From a virus (taxonomy: Duplodnaviria > Caudoviricetes): 63,612 bases of DNA. Positions 47,460 through 56,985 of the stretch are shown in pieces. The position numbers were made by a program, and so were the translations under genes. The notes beneath the pieces were generated by a model that had not been told where the DNA came from, made no database searches, and worked only from the letters and a program-made list of their open reading frames with translations. The stretch is taken from the IMG/VR virus record IMGVR_UViG_3300037485_001761, positions 1 through 63,612 of that record; one strand, given 5' to 3'. Each line of letters begins with the position of its first letter. The first letter of the stretch is position 1.

Positions 47460-47501
47460 TACCTACCCTACCCCCTACCCCCTACCCCCTACCCCCTACC
47501 C
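47460..47501 (+). repeat. Array C: (TACCCCC) x4 with partial flanking units; G5 tracts on the minus strand
   Basis: Direct reading. Confidence 0.95.
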
Positions 47502-47514
47502 TCTGTCCCACAGA

Positions 47515-47576
47515 CACGCTTGGAACCGATCACGCTTGGAACCGATCACGCTTGGAACCGATCACGCTTGGAACCG
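47515..47576 (+). repeat. Array D: (CACGCTTGGAACCGAT) x3.9
   Basis: Perfect 16-bp units; inverted copies of the core at 46788-46800 and 46678-46690. Confidence 0.95.
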
Positions 47577-47609
47577 CCGCATTGTGACGCTGTTTACGCC
47601 ATCACGTTA

Positions 47610-48242
47610 TTATCGTAATTTAGGTTTACTGCAAAACAATTGGCGTTTCGCTTTTTCCATAAAAGGTTGGTTCAGTGAATGGATCATCGCTTTCAAGTCA
47701 TCCTTGAAACCGAGGTCTGTAATACTCTTCCCTCTTTCTGCGGATTGCCGCAACTCTGTGATAAGGGAACTAGCACTGCCGGAAGTAGTAATAATCTTCT
47801 CCTGAATAAGCCATGAAAGTGCTTCGGAATTCAGTGATTCGGCATAATTTTTTGGAGCTGAAATGGATTCATTTTCACCGGCGTAAAATTTAAACTCCGT
47901 ATCGAAATGATACTTCTTAACGGTTTCCATATTGAACAGGTTTTGTGCGATGATTGTTTCCTTCTTCCGGGTTGTGCTGATAATTCGTCTTAAGTAAATC
48001 TGGTAGAAAGGATTACTGGAAACAAACTCAATCTTTGAAATGATGACCTTGCACAGGGAATCTTTCACTCGATAATTGCACACTTGTCCCAGTGAATAGG
48101 GACAGGCGGCGAAAGCTATTTCCCTTTCAACTTCTTCAAGCTCTTTATGGATCGCTTGAAACCGTGGAAGGATTCTTTCTCGATCATAAAACAATTGCTC
48201 AAGACTGGAGTTCAGGAACTTCGGTTTATCAACAGTCTGCAA
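47610..48242 (-). CDS. Hypothetical protein
   Basis: AAGGAG RBS, TTG start. Confidence 0.65.
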   Translation of the reverse strand: MQTVDKPKFLNSSLEQLFYDRERILPRFQAIHKELEEVEREIAFAACPYSLGQVCNYRVKDSLCKVIISKIEFVSSNPFYQIYLRRIISTTRKKETIIAQNLFNMETVKKYHFDTEFKFYAGENESISAPKNYAESLNSEALSWLIQEKIITTSGSASSLITELRQSAERGKSITDLGFKDDLKAMIHSLNQPFMEKAKRQLFCSKPKLR

Positions 48243-48284
48243 TTTCCAACTCCTTCTTTGATTGGCCAGCCAGTATATCGTGTA

Positions 48285-48713
48285 CTAGAGAAGGAGATCT
48301 TCGTTACCTGGCAATGGAATTGAACGGCTAACCGCACGATCATCTCGCTGCATAACTGCATATGTTATATCCGAGCCCTGATAAACTTTAATTTTTCTTA
48401 TGCCTTTTACTCCAGATTTAGGGAACACAGTTTCCCGGTAGTCGAAGGGAAGTCCATCGGTAAGTCGGATTAAAGTTGAAATGTTGATGGCAAACTTTTC
48501 CCGAAAAACTGGAGCTGCCGCAAGTACTTCTGGCGGAATTTCGGGAAGAACTGCGTCCTTCACTTCCATCAAAGAGTAAAACTTATTCGGGTTTAATTTC
48601 TGCCAATCTAACGAATAAACATAAGCTATATTACTGGCAACATCGACAAATAATTGTGGATGGAACGTCATTCGTATCTGCTCTATAATCTTTTTACCGC
48701 CAATTTGCTTCAT
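48285..48713 (-). CDS. Hypothetical protein
   Basis: 142-aa ORF ending EDLLL. Confidence 0.65.
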   Translation of the reverse strand: MKQIGGKKIIEQIRMTFHPQLFVDVASNIAYVYSLDWQKLNPNKFYSLMEVKDAVLPEIPPEVLAAAPVFREKFAINISTLIRLTDGLPFDYRETVFPKSGVKGIRKIKVYQGSDITYAVMQRDDRAVSRSIPLPGNEDLLL

Positions 48714-48889
48714 CCCGCTTTTCCCCTATTGAACGCATATATCGAATCTTACCCTGCGAGGGATGAGGTAAAAAGTCAATGAGCCCTCTATCACACTCTA
48801 TCCATTCCATCTTACTTTCCTCCATCCTATTTTAACTTGACAAGGTAAACTGAATCCAGTATCCCGAGATTAGCGGATTACTCCGCGTC

Positions 48890-49183
48890 ATGTGCATAGC
48901 TTTTACAGGAGACTTTATCATGGGATTTTATGTGCCAGACAATTTAGTTCGAGACAATATGAAGTTTATTCTTGGCTACACTGAGAAAGAAATTAAAGCA
49001 GGAAACATGAAAAATGATGAGGGTTATGTTTATCTTGATGTGCTTAAGAAAGTATTTCGAGATATTCTAGTTTCCAGTGAATATATCCCCACGGATGTAG
49101 CCGCCGAACAGGAGAAAGATAGGAGTGAACGACGGCGAATGTTACGAGGAAACATTAGTACAGGAAGACCCTACGCAGGTTAA
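48890..49183 (+). CDS. Hypothetical protein (likely start MGFYV at 48919)
   Basis: AGGAG RBS; TTGACA-17-TATCCC at 48837-48865 upstream. Confidence 0.65.
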   Translation: MCIAFTGDFIMGFYVPDNLVRDNMKFILGYTEKEIKAGNMKNDEGYVYLDVLKKVFRDILVSSEYIPTDVAAEQEKDRSERRRMLRGNISTGRPYAG

Positions 49184-49206
49184 ATAATAATTTAAACCCC
49201 GAAGGG

Positions 49207-51564
49207 TTACTTAACCGTGGAAACCGCGGTACAGGTAATCTGTCCACCGGAAGGATTTAACTTCAACCGGAAATACTGAGGTTGGATGCTATTAACTGTC
49301 CAAATATTTGAAGTCTGTCCCGCCATATTTACCGCTTCTCCTCCGTAGCCCGTAGGAACATCTTCCCACAAACTGTTATCGACTGACCACTGAAGGCTGA
49401 GAGTTGCTGCAAACGCGGCTGCGGTTACCGTGTGTTGTCCTGTTCCGTCTCCGGTGATGGGAACCGCTGTTCCCGCCAACGCATTAGCTAGTGAAGAGGC
49501 AAACTTTAACGTGTTGTCATCGATACGAATCGCGTAATAATTCTGTGCCGCTAAACCCGCAGGAAGCCCACCTCCCGTAGTCAATGCAAACAAAGAACCG
49601 GTAACGAGAGTGTGGCCTGTAATGAAAACTCGGTTAGGAAGTGCCTCGGTTGACTTGGTAAAGTCATTGTCGACACCATTTTCTAACGGAGTTGCTGCGG
49701 TAACGACTTGTGCAGCCGCTCCATTTCCAGTCACCGAAACATCCACCAAAGCTGCTGCGGGAACCGAAGCATCGACAACCGTTTTCACCTGGGCCGCCGT
49801 GGTTACGCCGGTTTCCAGGTAAACTTGAATCGCGCTTGCCGTAACAACTACTTGTGCAGAAGCCCCGGCTCCACCATACCCGCCCGCTAAATTAGCGACC
49901 GCAGAAATGGCTTGAAAGTTACCCGCTGTTCCCGTGATTGAAGTATCCACTAAAGCCGCAGCCGCCACCGAAGCATCCACCGCAGCTTTAACCATTGTTG
50001 CTGTCGAATAAGCCGGGGTTAAGGTATAAGTTGTTGTGGCATCGCCATCAGAAGCAATATCAATTGCCGTAGCTCCCATTGCGTTGGCGTAGGAAGTTGC
50101 AAACTTTAGCGTGCTTCCGTCAATCACAATAACCCAAGAGGGGGTTACGAGATTTGTGGGAAGTGTTCCACCGGTTACTGCTACTTTATTTCCAGTTGTG
50201 TAGCCATGAGTAGGAACTGTTATCGTATTGGCGGTTTGATTGACTGAGGAATTGACGCCACCTGCTAACGCGGTAGCAACTTGAGCAATTTGTTGATTTG
50301 TCCCGGTGCCGGAAACCGTAATATCGACAAGAGCGGCAGAAGGAGCGTCTGCCTCAACCGCAGTTTTAATTTCAGCGGCAGAAGTTCCCTTTGGAACCAC
50401 TGTGAAAGTACCCCCGGAAGTGCCTTGGTCGGTAAGGTTTACCGCGCCGCCGCCGAAAGTAGCCCCTAACTTGATCAAGCCAGGAGCGGAGTTAACCACC
50501 CAATAATCTGTACCGGTAGCCAGTGGATCGGGCAACGTTCCGCCTGGTGAAGTAAGCCGAACTCGAACACCGTCGACTAAAGTATGCCCGGCAATGGCTA
50601 AAGTATTGTTGCCAACATGAACGCCGGAATTTACCCCACCCGCTAATGGCGTAGAAACCGTTGGCGTGACTGTTCCGGGAGTGGTGACTGCGACTGTCGC
50701 GATTGCGGTAACCGCTGCGACTAAGTCATAAGCTGTCTTAACTTGTGCAGCGGTAGACACACCGGATTCAACCACAATTAAAATCTTGTAAGGGTCTAAC
50801 GCGGTGCCTGTTCCGCTTAACGTAACTGCTTCAGCTCCCGCAGTGCCGCCGCCGTCGAAATCCACTTCGAGGTAAACGCCGGTGTCGCGCACAACTGAAG
50901 TAAAGGTCAGCCCGTTAGATAGCAAAAATGGAGCGATGCCGGAAACAAATGTGCCGGAAGCGTAAACCCCTTGCATGGCAACCGTGATTGCGGAGACTGC
51001 GGCTGAGGAGGATTCTTGCCCCCCGAACCCAGTGTTTGCGTAGGCAACGGTGACAGAATCCCCAGCAACGCCTCTCGTATCGGCGACGTAAGTTAAATCT
51101 TGAATTATCTTAGAAGATGCGGTACCCGTAACAAAAGTTTTCACGGCATAGGAAGCTTGATCCTGGACTGCTACGGAAATAGCGCTGCCTCCAACGGTAA
51201 CAACTTCAGCTCCGGCGGAGCCCCCGGAAGTATAAGCAACGGTAATAGCATTCCCACCACTGCCTTTAGCGTCAGCAGTATAAGTAATATCCTGGATAAC
51301 TTTCGAGGCTTTTATGGAATCAAGATACTGTACAGTAATCGAGTTCCCGGCAGTTCCAACAATATCTGCCGTGTAAGTCAAGTCAGCAATAGCTTTTGAC
51401 GCTTTAACTCCTGAATCAAAGGTAACTACAGCGGGAGTTACTCCGGCCCAGAGGGCGGAAAAAGCCGCACCAAAGAAGCCTCGTGGAACGGTAACTGTGT
51501 CAGAATACGTTAAGTATCCTCGACTGGTTACGGATAAAATGGTGACAGGTGCTACGGTCGTCAT
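49207..51564 (-). CDS. Virion fibre/decoration protein built from nested repeated domains
   Basis: Four DLTYTA/STA.QVK.A modules and three H.L.TG..GG.LP..Y.I beta-barrel modules inside a split jelly-roll-like domain. Confidence 0.7.
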   Translation of the reverse strand: MTTVAPVTILSVTSRGYLTYSDTVTVPRGFFGAAFSALWAGVTPAVVTFDSGVKASKAIADLTYTADIVGTAGNSITVQYLDSIKASKVIQDITYTADAKGSGGNAITVAYTSGGSAGAEVVTVGGSAISVAVQDQASYAVKTFVTGTASSKIIQDLTYVADTRGVAGDSVTVAYANTGFGGQESSSAAVSAITVAMQGVYASGTFVSGIAPFLLSNGLTFTSVVRDTGVYLEVDFDGGGTAGAEAVTLSGTGTALDPYKILIVVESGVSTAAQVKTAYDLVAAVTAIATVAVTTPGTVTPTVSTPLAGGVNSGVHVGNNTLAIAGHTLVDGVRVRLTSPGGTLPDPLATGTDYWVVNSAPGLIKLGATFGGGAVNLTDQGTSGGTFTVVPKGTSAAEIKTAVEADAPSAALVDITVSGTGTNQQIAQVATALAGGVNSSVNQTANTITVPTHGYTTGNKVAVTGGTLPTNLVTPSWVIVIDGSTLKFATSYANAMGATAIDIASDGDATTTYTLTPAYSTATMVKAAVDASVAAAALVDTSITGTAGNFQAISAVANLAGGYGGAGASAQVVVTASAIQVYLETGVTTAAQVKTVVDASVPAAALVDVSVTGNGAAAQVVTAATPLENGVDNDFTKSTEALPNRVFITGHTLVTGSLFALTTGGGLPAGLAAQNYYAIRIDDNTLKFASSLANALAGTAVPITGDGTGQHTVTAAAFAATLSLQWSVDNSLWEDVPTGYGGEAVNMAGQTSNIWTVNSIQPQYFRLKLNPSGGQITCTAVSTVK

Positions 51565-51566
51565 AT

Positions 51567-51731
51567 TTATTCTCCTTTTGGTACTGGAATAGGGGCTTCT
51601 TTTTTCGGCAATTGCTGAATAATTAAAATCAACTCATGAACTTGTTTGAACGATACGTGCGGGTGTATTGCTATTGACAACGCATTAACAACGGCATCCT
51701 TCGTTTGGTTGTCTAAAATAAACTCTTCCAT
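51567..51731 (-). CDS. Small hypothetical protein (54 aa, MEEFILDNQ...), not in ORF track
   Basis: Manual translation; fills gap; its end supplies the GGAG RBS of the next gene. Confidence 0.6.
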   Translation of the reverse strand: MEEFILDNQTKDAVVNALSIAIHPHVSFKQVHELILIIQQLPKKEAPIPVPKGE

Positions 51732-51734
51732 TTA

Positions 51735-51953
51735 TTATTCCTTTGGTTTAGGGCAAGTTAAAGTTCTGACGCATGGCAGCTTATCCGCCAAACGTTCTAA
51801 TACTAAAATCCGAGAGTTTTGTGTAGTCATTCCGACGTTCATCCGTTGCATTTGTTGATTCAAACGGTGCATTTCTCGCCAGATAGCCCCTAGCAATGCA
51901 ACAATGAAAGTGGATAAAACAGATATAATAGCAGAAACTATTTGTGGTGTCAT
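51735..51953 (-). CDS. Single-TM coiled-coil protein (holin-like candidate)
   Basis: N-terminal hydrophobic helix then short coiled coil; AAGGAGG RBS. Confidence 0.5.
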   Translation of the reverse strand: MTPQIVSAIISVLSTFIVALLGAIWREMHRLNQQMQRMNVGMTTQNSRILVLERLADKLPCVRTLTCPKPKE

Positions 51954-51983
51954 AGCAATCGTCCTCCTTGACGCGGTAACATC

Positions 51984-52214
51984 TCACTTCTTCTTCTTCA
52001 CGTTATCTTTTATTTCTGCAAGTGCCCCAAGTATTTCTGCCTTTGTTGCGGCACTAAAAACAGTGCTCTCATTGACAGACTCTTCGTCTGGAATGCAAGC
52101 AGCAAAGCCTATAATCAAATGGGGCATGTATTTCTCGATAGTATTCAACCTCAAATTAAAATACTCGTTTATTTCTGTTTGTTTCCATTTAGAGTCAATT
52201 TTTACTAACGCCAT
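51984..52214 (-). CDS. Small hypothetical protein
   Basis: AAGGA RBS after the fibre gene. Confidence 0.6.
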   Translation of the reverse strand: MALVKIDSKWKQTEINEYFNLRLNTIEKYMPHLIIGFAACIPDEESVNESTVFSAATKAEILGALAEIKDNVKKKK

Positions 52215-52225
52215 AATTATTCCTT

Positions 52226-55186
52226 TTATGCATTATCATATGTTGGGATTCGTCGCGTGACTCCATTAATTATAATCTGTAGGTAGCTAACACCTGCGGC
52301 CGTAGATGTCGTTAATGCCGCTGTATTTAGTGTGTGCAATGCCGTTCCACTGCTTGCGCCAAGCACCCATCCGCCAGTCGAGGCATAGCCCCCCACATCG
52401 ACGTTAAACGCTCCAAAGCGCAATCCAGTACCAACACCAACTCCCGTTTTAACAGACGCTAGCCAGCAATTTCCGCCGGAGATGTCAATACCAAAATAGA
52501 GTTTTGGGTTGTTGGTAGCATCAGTTAGTGCGGTTAAAATAAGGAGAGGATTAGACCCTAAAGTGCCCTCTATGCCGATGATATTATGCTGGGAAGCAGT
52601 TGTAAGAGAAGAAAGTCCTGCCGAAAAAGAGCCACTATCAGCAACGGTTAGTGCGCCGTTATTTATATTAAATCCTGTTGTCGCAGCGTAAATAATCTTA
52701 CCTAATGCCGCTGTCCCCACATAAGACCGCCACCTACCGATATTTAATTGGAGCTGAGTTGCACTGACCGCAACGCCAATTCTCACCGAATAAGCAGTTA
52801 CTCCAGGCTCGGTAGCAGTTATTAAACCGTCTGTTGCAGCACTTAAGTAATAAATGCCACCGACAGTTAATCCCCAACCGGTTTTTGTAATCTTTCCGGT
52901 TTTAGCCAGCACGAAATAATTCGTAGTGGCACCAACAACTACACCGATAACTTCACTTGCTGCTGCTGTGGCAGCCTTTGCTTTTGTGTAAGTTCCCGCA
53001 TTCGAATAAAGGACATCACCAGCAACAAAGCCATGTGCGACGGCGTTAATTAACTCTCTTGAGCCTTCAGAGTTTGAAACAATCTCCCAGTATCCTAAAT
53101 TAATATCCGTAGTAAGTGCGGCGCTTGCTGTGTGAGCAGTGACACATCGCCATTGTCCTACAAATCCTTCGGTAGTCACTCTAACGAAATTTCCGATGCG
53201 ATATGTTTTAGCGGTTCCCCAATCTAGTACAGAATTGTAATCATCAAGCCGATCAGCTAATAATTGAACAGTTGATTCCGCGCCGCTTAGCTCTCCGTTA
53301 AAATTTGTTGTATCGAGAGTAATTGCCGCGCCTGCCGCCGTTGATCCACCAGCATAAGTTTGATTCGCAACTTGTTTTGCTGGGGTTACTGCGACAATAG
53401 ATCCGCCTGCCGCGTTAGTTACCGTGATAAATCCAAGCTGAACGATTTCGAGTGTCCTCAACTGCGCCGAAAAAGCACTAACGTTTCCCGCAGCAATGGC
53501 ATTAGCGGCGGATGCGTTGCTGGCATATGTCCCAGTTGCGTCAAGCTGAATAATGTACGTTGGATTTGCTGAATTAATATCATCTTTAAGCACACCAACT
53601 CGCATATTAGCGCGTTGTGTCCCAGTTAATGCGGTTGCCGCTGTGCCGTTATTCCAAAATAAAGGGGCCGCTGTTGTTGGCGTGCTTAGCTGCGTTAGCC
53701 CGCTTGCCGCTACATAGACGACGCGAAACGTTAGTGCGGTAGCAGCGCTATCGGGGATTGTTGTCTCTAAACCGTGGTCTAGCAGTGTACACGCGCCAGT
53801 TAAATTCACTGTCCTGCTAGCAGCAACCAGCGTTCCTATTGTCGCTCCACCGTTATTTTCGAGCAACGGCCCATTGGATTTATGCAGATATGTCGATGTC
53901 TTTTCTTGAAAATTTGCACCGTGATTTTCTTTAGCCACGACATATGCAGTTCCGTCGCTGTAAACTTCAAATAGAATTATCGTTGTGTCAGAAAGCCCGG
54001 TAGAAGATGTGTTAGTTCCAATTGCTCCGTTGCCGTCAATATAAACATAATTAGTCGCGTAATCAGTGAGCGTGACAGTTTGATTTGCTGCCCATGAAAC
54101 TGGCACTGATTTGATCAGTCCAGAACCAGCTCTTAACAATGTAAATACTCTAGTGCCAACGACATAACTATAAGCAGCCCCAGAGCCGGCAAAGGCAATA
54201 AATCCGCAATGCTCTTCTGCTTTAGGCGTTACTATTGATACGCCAGCGCCCGCTTGTGTTAATGGTCTATTCATCGTGCATTGCATTACTTTTTGGGTGT
54301 CAGCGGCAGCGGTGTCAGTGATATTCATAGTCGTAAAACCGTTTATTACAGCGACACAGTTAGTCTGTAATAGATTCGCCCCAGCTCCGTCAGAATGAAA
54401 TGCTGTCGCTGTTCCTCCAGAGATACCAGTTAGGCGCATGGACAATCCGTTGATAGCCCCTGAGGTATTTGCTGCTACAGTACTAAATCCGCGAACTTCT
54501 CCAGCAAATGTGCCGATAGTATCGGTAAAAAATAGAGATCCACCAGAGATTGTTATTCTACCGGTTGTCCCATTCCGAATTAAAGAGTGTGTTCCTGCGC
54601 TGTAATTGCCTCGCATGGAAACAGCGAGGTTAAATAACGTGACTGTTCCAGTTCCTATTAAATCCCATCCAATAACGTTTTTTGTAATTGTCGCGGATCT
54701 AACGTCGGCAACCGTTGTATTAGTAGACGCAAAAGACGTGCAAGAAGATTTAACCCCAGTACAAATAAAATCTCCACTCCCGATTGCGGAGACGGTGACA
54801 TCGGTAAGACTAAATCTGGTGCCGCTTACATCAACAATAATTTCATTATCCGCAATGGGCGCATAGGATACTGAGATCCCTTTAATTCCTGATGTGCCCG
54901 TCGATGTTATTTTTCCTACAATGAACACAGTGGCAGTAATGCCATTTGTTAGAAATACGCCATCCTTAAGTACTAAATTTTTTGTATAAGTTCCCGGGCA
55001 AGTTATTATTTCATACGGTTTTGTTAAACTATTTGCGTCTGAAATGCTGTCAATTGCATCTTGAATGTCGGTAAACATTGCGCCGCTTTTGCCAACAGTA
55101 ACCACTTGTGCTAGATCTTGTGGAACTAAATTGAATCCAGAACCCGTTAAAGGATTGTAAATTTGTTGTCGTGGTGTATGGGCCAT
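52226..55186 (-). CDS. Tail fibre/spike: beta-helix-like N-terminus, carbohydrate-binding-like module and C-terminal fibre domains
   Basis: VTVGKSG..FTDIQDAID..PGTY (pectin-lyase-fold cap); W....Y..G..V....WRCV.AHT; HGF..GD.LY..IGVV..YYLS. Confidence 0.7.
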   Translation of the reverse strand: MAHTPRQQIYNPLTGSGFNLVPQDLAQVVTVGKSGAMFTDIQDAIDSISDANSLTKPYEIITCPGTYTKNLVLKDGVFLTNGITATVFIVGKITSTGTSGIKGISVSYAPIADNEIIVDVSGTRFSLTDVTVSAIGSGDFICTGVKSSCTSFASTNTTVADVRSATITKNVIGWDLIGTGTVTLFNLAVSMRGNYSAGTHSLIRNGTTGRITISGGSLFFTDTIGTFAGEVRGFSTVAANTSGAINGLSMRLTGISGGTATAFHSDGAGANLLQTNCVAVINGFTTMNITDTAAADTQKVMQCTMNRPLTQAGAGVSIVTPKAEEHCGFIAFAGSGAAYSYVVGTRVFTLLRAGSGLIKSVPVSWAANQTVTLTDYATNYVYIDGNGAIGTNTSSTGLSDTTIILFEVYSDGTAYVVAKENHGANFQEKTSTYLHKSNGPLLENNGGATIGTLVAASRTVNLTGACTLLDHGLETTIPDSAATALTFRVVYVAASGLTQLSTPTTAAPLFWNNGTAATALTGTQRANMRVGVLKDDINSANPTYIIQLDATGTYASNASAANAIAAGNVSAFSAQLRTLEIVQLGFITVTNAAGGSIVAVTPAKQVANQTYAGGSTAAGAAITLDTTNFNGELSGAESTVQLLADRLDDYNSVLDWGTAKTYRIGNFVRVTTEGFVGQWRCVTAHTASAALTTDINLGYWEIVSNSEGSRELINAVAHGFVAGDVLYSNAGTYTKAKAATAAASEVIGVVVGATTNYFVLAKTGKITKTGWGLTVGGIYYLSAATDGLITATEPGVTAYSVRIGVAVSATQLQLNIGRWRSYVGTAALGKIIYAATTGFNINNGALTVADSGSFSAGLSSLTTASQHNIIGIEGTLGSNPLLILTALTDATNNPKLYFGIDISGGNCWLASVKTGVGVGTGLRFGAFNVDVGGYASTGGWVLGASSGTALHTLNTAALTTSTAAGVSYLQIIINGVTRRIPTYDNA

Positions 55187-55187
55187 C

Positions 55188-55979
55188 TTATACCACCTTG
55201 TAATTTGCGGTTGATGTATCTTTTGTGGCGTCGCTATACGTAATCGTAAGCGTTTGTTGCGTCACTGTAGCCAGCTTAGTCACATAATAATCGTGAGTAG
55301 CGTCTACAGAAGCATCTAATTCATCGTATGCTTTGGTAAATAATGCTGACCCCATCTGATTAAGTCTAGTAGTAACTGCCGCTACATTCGTATTCGTAGT
55401 GCCAATTAATGTTTCAATTCCATCGATATGTCCAACTACTGTTGTAGCTATATCCGTGTGAAGTGTATCGAGTTTTGTATTTGTTGACGCAACTAGAGTT
55501 TCTAATCCATCGATGTACCCTGCCATCAATATTAACTCGGCAAGAACTTGAATCTGTGTTGCTTCGGTTGCCGCGTTGCTAGACAAGGTAACATCTCGTG
55601 GAACCATAACGCTGGATTGAACAAATGTTCTGAAAACTCGGGAAAGATAAAGCGTGGTACCTGCCGCCGCTTCGACTTTTACTCGAACAACCGGTGACAA
55701 TGGCCCATTACTTGGGTCTAATTTTATCTTCGACAAACCAATTCCGGTGATTACATCCGCAGTAAACGCGGGAACCGCGGCATAAGTAGCCCCGGCATCG
55801 AAGGATTCCTCCATCGTGATTGTGGCAGATGTGCCGCCAAAGATGCCAACTACCAGGCCTACAATGAGAGTAGTGGCGTCGGCGGCACTTAGAGCCCCCA
55901 TCGGAATGTATAAGGGGGTGCTATCTGTAATCAGCCGCAAATAATTTTCCTTTGGTATCTCTATCAGAGAGTAAGACAT
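55188..55979 (-). CDS. Virion protein: jelly-roll-like N-terminus plus coiled coil
   Basis: ITMEESFD.G..Y..V and LSPVVRVKV; IDG(L/I)ETL....NT repeated twice. Confidence 0.55.
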   Translation of the reverse strand: MSYSLIEIPKENYLRLITDSTPLYIPMGALSAADATTLIVGLVVGIFGGTSATITMEESFDAGATYAAVPAFTADVITGIGLSKIKLDPSNGPLSPVVRVKVEAAAGTTLYLSRVFRTFVQSSVMVPRDVTLSSNAATEATQIQVLAELILMAGYIDGLETLVASTNTKLDTLHTDIATTVVGHIDGIETLIGTTNTNVAAVTTRLNQMGSALFTKAYDELDASVDATHDYYVTKLATVTQQTLTITYSDATKDTSTANYKVV

Positions 55980-55981
55980 CT

Positions 55982-56416
55982 TTACCTACCTCTCGTAGTT
56001 CTGAAGAATTTTGTAATCGTTGCGCCGCTCACTGCTTGGGCGGTTACCTTCACTCTCATAAAGGGCATGAGGGTTTGCCCGGCTGTGGGGAATAGCCCAA
56101 TTGTCAAGTACTCGCTCGCGGGAGTTCCCGAAGTCCCGCCCGCGCCGAAGTCGACCGCCGCGACAACCGTTTCCCATTCCGCGTCGGGAGCGTCCGAAAG
56201 GGTCGCTTGTTCCAAGGTGACTTGCACATCGGAAGTCAGAGTCCCGTACCTTGTCCCGGAAAGGGTAAAGAACACTCCATCCTTGCTATCCCAGAAAGTG
56301 AGACTAAAAGGTCGTGAAGTGTACGTGGTAGAAGGAAGAACCACAATCGTTTCCGCCCCGGAATACGAATCGTGGCTCAGAAAACTTATGTTAGAAAACG
56401 CAATATTCATGGTCAC
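55982..56416 (-). CDS. Small jelly-roll-like virion protein
   Basis: VTLEQA....WETV and LMPFMRVKVT, similar to neighbour. Confidence 0.55.
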   Translation of the reverse strand: MTMNIAFSNISFLSHDSYSGAETIVVLPSTTYTSRPFSLTFWDSKDGVFFTLSGTRYGTLTSDVQVTLEQATLSDAPDAEWETVVAAVDFGAGGTSGTPASEYLTIGLFPTAGQTLMPFMRVKVTAQAVSGATITKFFRTTRGR

Positions 56417-56913
56417 CCCTGTAATCTTTTGAGTTCTGCTTCTAATGCTTCTGTGGATTTATTGGCAAGATGTTTAGGTACCTGGGCAGTGTTCTTAAAG
56501 TTAATAGTCTGATTTACTTTCTGTTCTTTTCTCATATCGGTTCTAAGCAATAACTCGGCTGCTTTTAACTTTACCATAGCTAATTTTGAATCGACACCCG
56601 AGTCAAGTGCGAGGTCGAGGATCTCGGTGACCACATCGGCGGCTTTCTGTTTTGCTTTTTGAATTGTCATGAGGTGGGAATCGGGAGACAGCAACCACAG
56701 GAAAAATCCCGGTTGCTCAATCCAGGAAGCCAGTTGAACGTATTTGAAAGGTGCAATATACGGGACTAAAAGTTCAATTTGACCTTCAGTAACCTTCCCT
56801 AAAACACTGGAAGGGGCTCGTTCGTGGAGAAGAAGTTTTAATGCAATGTGGTTATCGCTAGGTTTAAAGGAGTCTAATTCCAGCATCTCGGCTAGATTGA
56901 TGTCTCTGCTCAT
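56413..56913 (-). CDS. Terminase small subunit candidate
   Basis: HTH-like ..SW...PGF segment, KLKAAELLL helix, C-terminal strand; near terL but divergent. Confidence 0.45.
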   Translation of the reverse strand: MSRDINLAEMLELDSFKPSDNHIALKLLLHERAPSSVLGKVTEGQIELLVPYIAPFKYVQLASWIEQPGFFLWLLSPDSHLMTIQKAKQKAADVVTEILDLALDSGVDSKLAMVKLKAAELLLRTDMRKEQKVNQTINFKNTAQVPKHLANKSTEALEAELKRLQG

Positions 56914-56985
56914 GTTAGGCTATCCTCAAGACGGTTTTATCTGTGTACTCATTCAGTAATGTAACATGTTCAATGGAGCTGTTCT

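Noticed and set aside
47223-47576. CRISPR array
   Set aside because: Units are head-to-tail with no unique spacers; no cas operon
47175-47805. Plus-strand ORFs 47175..47381 and 47536..47805
   Set aside because: Translations of repeat arrays or antisense to a better ORF; no RBS
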